Assembly: GCA_040143965.1 (NCBI GenBank)
Contig: JASJQH010006885.1
Coordinates: forward strand, 1-57,851
Reading direction: 5' to 3'
Source of the DNA: Basidiobolus ranarum
Taxonomy: Eukaryota
DNA: 57,851 nucleotides
Positions 48,921 through 57,851 of this stretch are shown here, piece by piece. Every line of letters starts with the position of its first letter. Position 1 is the stretch's first letter. The position numbers and the translations under genes are program-made. The notes under the pieces were generated by a model, which was given only the letters and a program-made list of their open reading frames with translations, was not told where the DNA came from and searched no databases.

Positions 48921-50189
48921 ATGACGAACGATACAGTAGTCGACATTACAGCCAAGGATTCCTTAGAATTTTCTCCTACGAACACAGTGGTTCGGGACCG
49001 AAATGGTTCTAGCCTGGGGGCCTATTTCAATGTAATTTGTGTTGTCGCTGGGACAGGTACGTTGCAACTTCCTCTTACCTTAGAGCAGGGTGGATGGGCC
49101 TCGATTTTCCTGATGATGATATGTGGAACGATAGCCGTCTACACAGGGAATCTATTAATCAAATGCCTTTATTACAATGGAAGAAGTCGATTGCCTGATT
49201 ATCCCTCGGTGGGTTATGCTGCCTACGGACGTTTTGGCCAGAATTTCATTCGGTTCTTTCATTACACAATTCTTCTTGGAGCATCATGTATATATATAAT
49301 CTTGGCTGGAGTAAATCTTCACGATTTACTGTTGAGAGCTGGAGTAAACTTGGATCCAAAGATATGGATTCTAATCTCTGCTGTGATTGTTTGGATTCCC
49401 TTTGTAGCTCTAAAGTCACTTAAAGAGTTTGTCTGGCTGTCAGTATTTGGTGTGTTGACCACATTTATAGTGATTATGGTGGCTGTTGTTGAGGGGTTTC
49501 TAGATTTACCCAATCAACAGGAAAATACACATCAATTCATTGTTCCTTCTGGAATCCCGATAGCGTTAACCTCGATCGCTTTCTCTTTCGGTGGCAATGC
49601 TATATATCCGCATGTGGAGGTGGCCATGAAGAATCGTCATTCTTGGAACAAAACCTTGGCCTTATCTATATTCACGATATTCTTGATGTATCTGTTGGTT
49701 AGCGTGTCTGGCTATTACGTCTATGGAAATACCACACTGTCCCCTATCTACGCCAATCTTCCACAAGGTGCGGCTACAATAGTTGCCATAGCGATGATTA
49801 CTGTGCATGTCGTGTTAGCAGCGCCATTAAATTTGATCAGTTTCTCCAATGAGATAGAGATTATATGGAATATCAATGATACATGCTACACTCCTTTGAA
49901 GGCATTTGCCCTTCGTTTTGTACTCCGTAGTTTTATCATGGTGTTACTGACCGTAGTGGGAGTATTTCTTCCATACTTTGGACCATTGATGTCCTTAATT
50001 GGTGGCCTTGGATATCCTATCATTCTCTTCCTTGCACCAATTGCACTTTATTTGAAATTATTTGGGGTCCGTTCTATGGGCTGGCCAGAACGTATATGGT
50101 GTCTTTTTATCACTTTTATTGCCATTATTGGTTTGGTTCTTGGAACCAAAGATGCTATCATTCAATTAATAAAAATCAAAAATCAGTAA
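48921..50189 (+). CDS. Amino acid/auxin permease (Aa_trans, AVT1-like) transporter, intronless
   Basis: GAYFNVICVVAGTGTLQLP and SIAFSFGGNAIYPHVE, with about 11 hydrophobic segments. First ATG is at 48921. Confidence 0.93.
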   Translation: MTNDTVVDITAKDSLEFSPTNTVVRDRNGSSLGAYFNVICVVAGTGTLQLPLTLEQGGWASIFLMMICGTIAVYTGNLLIKCLYYNGRSRLPDYPSVGYAAYGRFGQNFIRFFHYTILLGASCIYIILAGVNLHDLLLRAGVNLDPKIWILISAVIVWIPFVALKSLKEFVWLSVFGVLTTFIVIMVAVVEGFLDLPNQQENTHQFIVPSGIPIALTSIAFSFGGNAIYPHVEVAMKNRHSWNKTLALSIFTIFLMYLLVSVSGYYVYGNTTLSPIYANLPQGAATIVAIAMITVHVVLAAPLNLISFSNEIEIIWNINDTCYTPLKAFALRFVLRSFIMVLLTVVGVFLPYFGPLMSLIGGLGYPIILFLAPIALYLKLFGVRSMGWPERIWCLFITFIAIIGLVLGTKDAIIQLIKIKNQ

Positions 50190-50801
50190 ACACATATATG
50201 AGTCACCCATTCCCAGGTTCAGTGATAAGGAAATTCTTGAAGCGTGGAAAAAGTGCTCTCATTAGCTATTCTTATGAATTATTGCTTCTTCCCCACATCA
50301 CTTGGTTATCACTCAAGGTGACCAATGTTGTACCAAGTGTCCGGATTTGGTAGAATCTTTTAACATCAGTAACATATGCTCCAAAAAGCTCTTTTCAAAT
50401 GGTCCAAAATGTATATTCACCGCATGCTCATATACAAATCAAGAAATGCAAACTTTAACTTCGTGGGAATATCCCCGTTCGGTTAAATTCGGTGTCATGT
50501 GAGTTAGGTGAGGGTTAAGTTACGTAATATTCATTTGGAATCCAAGTTTAGTACGGACCAGGGCGGGAATAGCCATCCTAAATCTAATAGAGAATAATGG
50601 TTCCTCGTCAATCCTATTTATTGGGATGGTCAAAAATAATTTAAGGGTATACTCTACACTCAATACTGGAATCCAGTCGAGTGACATCAAAATGGAATTT
50701 AGTGGGGAGAACGGACATTTAGGAACAAACATTTAAATAATCGGCTAATTCAAAAACAAGGTAATCTAAGGGGTTTATCATCTGGATTTCTCATCTGGAT
50801 A

Positions 50802-52265
50802 TTAATGCTTGACATGAATTTCACAAGCACTGCCGCATTGAATATGTGCTATGAGTGAGGTGATGGCATCCTTGGTTCCTAGCACACAACCAACTGCAGC
50901 AATCACCAAAATCACTCCACACCATAGAAGTTCCAGCTTTGACATGGATCTCCAGCCGAAGAGTTTCCAATACAGTACGATAGGGGCAATGAATACAATC
51001 ACTGTATTGGACAAGGCACCAAAGAGTGACATGAAATCACTGATGTAGGGTAGGAACATGGCAGTCACAGTAATTGCTGCCAGAATTCCAGTTCTTAAAG
51101 CGAAGCGTAAGCCTATTTCCTTGTACTTACTATAGTATGTGGAATCAATCCGAAAGATGGTTTCAATTTCAGTAGCAAAGCTTGTCAAATAAATTGGACA
51201 GGCCAAAAGCACGTGAATCGTGATCATAATGATTGCCAAAGTGGTAGCAGGACCGGAAGGGAGATTGTCATAGATAGGTGACTTGGTGGAGTTTCCATAC
51301 ACGTAGTATCCAGAAACACTTACAAGCAAATAAAGAATACCAATAGTGAGCATTGCTGAGGTTAATACTTTGTTCCAAGATTTTGGTTTAGCCATAACTT
51401 GCTCGACATGCGGATAGACAACATTCCCTCCAAAAGAAAAGCAAATGGAGGCTAGAGCAATTGGGAATCCGGTGATGTTGATTGTTTGATGTGTTTGTTG
51501 GAGGTTATTGGGCAGATCAATGATACTAACGATAACAGCTACGAACACTAAGACCAAAGTAGTCAGTACTCCTATGACCGAAAGGACTGCCACTTCTTTC
51601 AACGTTTTGAGAAGAATGTAAGGAACCCAAACTATCAGACCGGCAATTAGGACCCATACTTTTTGATCGAGACTAATGCCCACCATTTCAAAGAGTTGAT
51701 GAGCATTTAAGCCAGTAATCAATATGTACACTATAGCACTACCAATTTGAATGGAATAATGAAAGACACGAATGAATATCATTCCCGGCTTTCCATACGC
51801 CGCCTTACCAATGGAGGAGTAATCAGAGAGACGATTGATCCTAGAAACGAGTCAACATTTAATAAAGGAAAAGGCCCATACAGAAAATGGAACTCACCGA
51901 TCGTAGTAGAGACATTTGATCAATAATGACCCCGTGTAGACTGATATACCAGTAGACAGAAGAATGAGTCCAATTCCGACCCATCCACTTTGGCTTAGTG
52001 CGAAGGGGAGTTGAAGCGTACCTGTCCCAGCGATTGCACATACGATGTTAAAATAGGCTCCGAAGCTAGATCCATTTCGCTCATGGCCAATGGCATGGGA
52101 TTCATACTCCATTTGGCTGAATCCTTCTTTGCTTGCCACGATCTTATCTTCAATCTCTTTGACCACATTAGCGTTGTCATCTCGTTCCACTGTAAAATCA
52201 GGTTAGTTTGGTAAAGAAGTTAGAGTGAGACAAAGTCACTACACACCTTTGGCGAGGCCACTCAT
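50802..52265 (-). CDS. Amino acid transporter (Aa_trans, AVT1-like), paralog of the neighbouring gene; 3 exons
   Basis: GAYFNIVCAIAGTGTLQLP and SICFSFGGNVVYPHVE. Introns at about 52246-52190 and 51897-51842. Confidence 0.93.
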
Positions 52266-52791
52266 TTAGAAGCTACCAAAATGAGTTTAGTATAGTTACA
52301 GAGGTAAAGAGTAGTTATTTAAAGAAGTCAACTACAGTGAGAAGTAATGAGAAGGTTATTTATTTAGTCGATTGCATGAAGTGACTTGAGATAAACGTCA
52401 TTATTGCACTACCAAGGTGTCTTTATAGTTACTAAAATCCTGCATCGCCTTCTTGCCTAGGCTCTTCCGATGCATAGTGTTTGTATGAAAACAAGAATTA
52501 GCTCAAGGGATAGTGAGTGATGCACAGCTAGCAAATGCATCAAACCACGTTGTGGCTTTTAGCAGATTTAGCGAAACCAATCTATCAGATATCCGCAAAC
52601 AAACAGCATCACCTTAAAAACGAAGCACTAATTCTGATTGGCTGCTGTAGGAGCTATATGCTTAATAATATTCATGTGAGGCAATGCGTTAGATCCAGAA
52701 ATGGCTTTTATGGTGGCATACTCATCAACAGCGTATCGAGGTTCTCAAACTTTGTGGGGAGTAGTGTTATGGTATGTGCTATGATGGATAC

Positions 52792-52827
52792 CTATTGTAT
52801 TGTATTGTGTTGTGTTGTATTGTATTG
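52792..52827. repeat. Pentanucleotide microsatellite (TATTG/TGTTG)n
   Basis: TATTGTATTGTATTGTGTTGTGTTGTATTGTATTG. Confidence 0.8.
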
Positions 52828-53515
52828 CTTCTTTATTAGCTAAGAGATATCACTGATCTGTCAGGATTGTAGAGTTTATACGGGTTATAGCACTAGTACG
52901 GATTGACATTAATAAGGTTCTAATAAGGCGAATGTTTCAAGCCAAATAATATCTACTATTTATGCTACAGCCATAGCCATAGCCATAGTCCCAGAACCTG
53001 TCTTAATCCTAATCTTAAGTATTGAGTGAGTTACCATACAAACAATCGCCGCTCTGTGGTTTAGGATTAATAATCTGCCATTAAAGATTGATGAACTTTC
53101 CTTAAATCGGTCAGATCTACCCGATTTTGATTAAACATGGTGAGTGACGTTCTTGCCCTTATTTGCGAGGCGTCCATCTTATACTATTCATAGTAACTTA
53201 GATAGGCAAAGCTAATGAATATGTGTTTATATAGACATTGCTAAGAGTGAAAGTTAATTACCTAACAGTTGAAGGCTAAAGATGCTCATAAAATTCATAT
53301 AACTACCACTAAATTGGACAACGTCAAGTCCGATCAGTAGTCAACTGACCAAAGTTAGTAAACCAAGAGTAAGGTGGAGTTTAACAACACATCCAAAGCT
53401 TATCTCGTTTAATTTAATCTGGTCTCATGAAAAACCTTTAGCAACCACAGCAGTTGAAGTATAAAAGGCTTTACCATCGATCCTTCAACGATATACAACA
53501 CATTAGTTCTCTAAA

Positions 53516-55466
53516 ATGGTAGCCTCCCACTTGCTTTCTATTTGCGCTATTTTCACCGGGTTAAGACTGGTCTTAGCTTTTGATGAGAAGTGTGACACGA
53601 ACTTTGTCACTTATTGGGGCCAAAACTCTTACGGAATAACTAATCCAGATCATGCTAAATGGGAGAAGCCCTTGCGAGGATACTGTGAAGATGATACTGT
53701 GGACGTAATAAATCTCAGTTTTATGAATGTATTTAACGCTGGGACTCAATTACCTCCTCAAATCAACCTTTCATTTCACTGCGCCAGCACTCATCCCGGG
53801 ACTTCTGTCTTAAATTGCCCTGACATTGGTAAAGACATTGAGTATTGCCAGTCAAAAGGCAAAAAAATAATCATGTCTCTTGGAGGTGCTACCGGCTCTT
53901 ATGGGTTCAGCAACGATGCTGATGCTGGCAGCTTTGCTCAGACTCTCTGGGATTCCCTCCTTGGTGGTTCCTCCGATAAAAGACCTTTCGGTACCGCCAA
54001 GCTAGATGGTATCGACCTTGACATTGAAGGTGGTAGTAGCAATGGCTATAGTAGCTTCATTAAGGCACTTCGTGAATTGTATGCTAAGGATAGCAGTAAG
54101 AAGTATTATATAACTGGTGCTCCGCAATGCCCATTCCCGGATATTTTCTTAGGGCAAGCTCTAAGTAATTCCTGGTTTGATATGGTATTTGTTCAATTCT
54201 ATAATAATTACTGTTCTGCAAGTAATCCCGCTCAATTCAATTTTGAAGTTTGGAATACTTGGGCCACTACTCAATCTGTCAATAAGGACGTGAAAATCTA
54301 TCTCGGTGTTCCTGGTTCGGGTCCATCTGCTGGCAGCGGATACATACCCGCTACTCAAATTAATCAAATTATCGATGATATAAGGAAAAAGTATTCTTCA
54401 TTTGGCGGCGTTATGGCTTGGGATGCCTCTTCGTCTGATATGAATATTGAGGGTGGGATTAGCTTTGCGGCATCAGTCAAAAACAAATTGAAGGCATCAC
54501 CAGTTTGTGGTGCTCAGAAAAATCCTAGTCCTCCACAGAGTCCCACCATACCCACTATACCCGCAATACCCACTATACCTACTATATCTGCTATACCCGC
54601 ACTATCCTCATTCAGCTCTCCCGTCGTTCCGGTATCTAGTTCATCTATTTCTGTGTCGTCAAGCCTTGCAGGCGGATCAAGCACTGGAGTTTCTAAAGAG
54701 TTACCTTCATCAAGTGCTCCAGCTCCAACATTAGCTACAAGTACTCCAAGTATCCCTCTAAGCTCTACTTCTAGCACTACATTGCCTAATCTACACAAGG
54801 TCACATGTCCTGTTGAAGGGTCTCCATGTGTAGGGAATGAAGTTGGCTGCAGTGGGTATAATTATGCAGTATGCTTAAACGGTAAGTGATTTTACTTCTA
54901 TAAGAACTAAGAATAGACCAATTCTAACCTATATATTGTTAATTACATACTAAAAAGGTCGCTGGCTATTGCGTCCTTGCAGTACCGACCAGTTGCTTCT
55001 TTGCGCCAAGGGAAGTTCTGGAATATATTGTGACTGGGCAGCAGGGAAATCCATTGAAACATGTGGCGCTCCAAATTCCTTGTATCGAAGGAAAATAGTT
55101 GCTGAAGAAGTAAAAGAGAAGGGAAATAAGGATATCATGATAGATATTGTAAAGCAAACAGGCGAACAAGAGACTCAAGACTTCACAGCATTAGTTAGAA
55201 TTCGTACTACCTTAAGCTCATCTATCTCTAACAACTGGCAGGTCCAATTCTCTGTCCCGGATAATAGTAATATTACTCAAGTTAGTCGCGGTCAGTTTAA
55301 ACAAGATGGTTCGATGGTTACTGTGAAAAGTAATCCTAATGATGAGCCCAAGCAAAATATGGTCATTATATTTGAGATCAAAGGAATTACAATGGGACAA
55401 CCTCGACCGATACTTACTTCTAAAAGACCTCTAAGGGCTCTATTCGAAGATTTGGGTTCATCTTAA
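53516..55466 (+). CDS. Secreted GH18 class III chitinase (Cts1-like) with P/S/T linker, Cys-rich CBM19-like module and C-terminal CBM2-like domain; intron 54882-54957
   Basis: Signal peptide, VTYWGQNS, SLGGA, catalytic LDGIDLDIE, APQCPFPD, VQFYNNYC and GGVMAWDAS. Linker with PTIP repeats, then C..EGSPC..CSGYNYAVCLNGRWLLRPC..C..YCDW. TATAAAA at 53460. Confidence 0.93.
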
Positions 55467-55724
55467 TTATCAGTACACCACTTTATAGAGATATTGTCCT
55501 GAATTATTATCTCCATACCCTGCTTTATAGTTCCAAATATCAGCTAGAAGTTATTTGCTATCTATTAAAATAAACTCCACTGTCGATTAACTATAGCAAT
55601 CATACTAATTCTGGTTTATTCAACGTGTTGTATAACATCGGTTCACTTATTAGTTTCAAGCGCAAGTTATAGCTTAGTTACATTTCAGCTGTTCGAGCTC
55701 TAGTTAAATTCGATATCTCTAATG

Positions 55725-57242
55725 CTATTCTTTGGAGTCCGTGATTCCTCCATCCGTTATCGCATATGCTATTCATATTAGTAAAGCTCTTATTAGTGGT
55801 CATTCTCTTTACTAATCCTTACCAGCCTCTGCCTCAGGCATATCAGGGGAATCAGCAATTTTTGCAATACGCTGCTCTCCTCGGCCTTTCCGCAAGCTCA
55901 GCCTTGTAGTTGAACTATATGTTGAATAGATATTCAATGGTTACATGAAAATAGAAACAAAAATCAATTGTAAATTAAAGTACGCGTGAGCAAGAATATG
56001 CCCTCCAATTGGTTTTTTATCCGGCGCAAAAGACATAGCCCCAGGATCGGCGGAAACCTGAAAAGAAGCTAAGTAATTGTACCGTAAAAAAACAATAGAG
56101 ATCTTGAATACTTGATTGGTAAGAAAAACTGCTACATTATACTCTTCCGAAATCTTCAATAGTCTTGAGAGCATAATGTTCAACTTCTGCTGTCTTTCAC
56201 TGAGCTCACCTCTTCCACAATAGTCAGTTCGAAACAACGCCATAATGGAGTCAATTACCTGATTAATATTAGCATCCGAACCCTCATCACAGGTAATAAT
56301 TTCCATTACCAGAATTCGGAATACTCCACGTTCTTCAGCAAACCTTGCAGTCAACTCCGTAATCAAATCCATTTGATGCTCAGAATTATAGGCACGCGCG
56401 AATATCACGTTATCAAGCACGGTTTCAGGGTCAATTGAAAATCGTTCTGCGATTGCTTTGATTCGATCAGGACGAAATGTTCCTTCAGTGTCGACATAAG
56501 CTGCCTACATTATATTAGATCTTTGGCTCTCTACTAAAATTCGAAGATAAAATATGTTACTTTTCCGTTTCCTCCCCCCATACTAACAGGTAATTGGCAG
56601 GATACACATAAAGTGTGAGCCAGCTGTGTTTTTCCGGTTCGAAATTCGCCATAAACTTCAGTTATGGCCATGGTTTGAATACCACCTAGGAATTTGAATT
56701 AACACTACATCTAAATTATAGGGATTTATACTACCTCCTATAAGTTTATCTAGCTCCTCACTTCCGGTGGTTACTTTTACTACTTGTTGACGTTGGATGA
56801 AATATTCGGTGGCCGAAATGAAGCCACAAGCCTGAAAATGTTGTTAGCCTACACGCATCGTGGTACTCTTTCCTGGAAGATATCTATACTGTAATCTTGT
56901 TAGCGGCTTCTTTGATTTTGTCAACTTTTGCTTCTGATAATCCTTTGATTTTGCAAAGATTTTTCCTAGTGGTCATTTGAATAGCCTCGAAGCAAACACT
57001 TAAAAACCATAGCGATATGATGATTAATAGACACACGTTACTTTGACGGTGCATAAACCCGAGCCCTTTAACTTTTGTATATCCCCAGCATTAATACCTT
57101 GCTTTTGAAGCTCGTCTATATCTACAAAGAATATCTCCTACATCTATTGTTAGTTCCAAACTTAAATACGAGTAAATATAAGACAATGTACTTCCTCCTC
57201 CTCTAGGATTTCATCAGCATCTTGAACAACTTGCTCACTCAT
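55725..57242 (-). CDS. DMC1: Meiotic recombinase DMC1 (multi-exon)
   Basis: [87 protein letters not shown] and [16 protein letters not shown]. These follow the DMC1 pattern rather than RAD51. Confidence 0.93.
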
Positions 57243-57579
57243 GTTGTAATAATAAGTACTCAATATAGATTAAAACACTTCTATTTATAGGATAGTTTAC
57301 TGGTGATTAAATGCTTATATGCTTCAAGTGTCGTGTTGACAAATCAATCTATTCAAGAGGATGCTCTAGAGTAAGAATGAATCATTCGCCAGGGATTATA
57401 TTACATTCAAGAGAAAATCAATGCTAATGATACTATTTGAGTAATATGCTGACGATATGCATGGATGTTTGAGAAGTTCCTGCATTTTGGCCATGCTGAC
57501 TGTTGAGAAAACATGACTACCCTAACCCTAACCCATTAAACATCTCTGTTGAATCATTCATGGAAAAACATTAGTATTT

Positions 57580-57851
57580 GTAAAACTGGTTTAAGACACT
57601 CAAAACTGACATAAACAAGAAGGTTTATATGGGAGATGACCAGCCACTAGAAGCTCTGGGAGTGGGAGAAATTCAAGTGGATCTTGGGGACATGTGTTTG
57701 ACACTGAAAAATGTACTATATGTGCCTGGGATAGCAAAAGATTTGTTATCAGTGAGTAAAGCTACATCTGAGGGATATAGCTTTAATTTTGATCAAAATG
57801 GCTGTACAATCAGGGATCAAAAAGGGAATTATGTAGCTTCTGGAGCTAAGC
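57580..57851 (+). mobile_element. Ty1/copia LTR retrotransposon Pol fragment (post-protease beta-barrel region), 5'-truncated, runs off the window
   Basis: Translation WFKTLK..KVYMGDDQPLEALGVGEIQV..LTLKNVLYVPGIAKDLLSVSKATSEGYSFNFDQNGCTI matches the copia L.NVLYVP....NLLSV signature. No gag or DSGA motif is visible upstream. Confidence 0.85.

Overview
Gene-dense, AT-rich eukaryotic DNA with many short GT-AG introns. The gene content (Crh-type GH16, class III chitinase, Rsc7-type domain, DET1, HAUS3, DMC1, a U12-type intron) points to an early-diverging, non-Dikarya fungus; this assignment is inference. About 19 protein-coding genes are present: an unknown coiled-coil protein, a GH16 transglycosylase, MMSDH, importin-beta3/Pse1, a probable p2 subunit of the MTA1c DNA 6mA methyltransferase, hexokinase, BAF60/Snf12, an 81-aa microprotein, HAUS3, an Rsc7-PHD protein, MPC2, a PAS-GATA factor, iPGM, a PFK-2/FBPase-2-like protein, a Cid1-family nucleotidyltransferase, DET1, two amino acid transporters, a chitinase and DMC1. 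There are also five intact tRNA-Arg(UCG) genes, one anticodon-less tRNA pseudogene and a Ty1/copia fragment at the right edge. The most notable observations are an AT-AC minor-spliceosome intron in DET1, the MTA1c p2-like gene, a possibly mitochondrial non-canonical poly(A) polymerase, an Rsc7/PHF10-like hybrid protein, and a GATC-motif cluster upstream of the GATA factor. All homology calls come from recognising motifs by eye, with no database searches. Exon boundaries were read manually.
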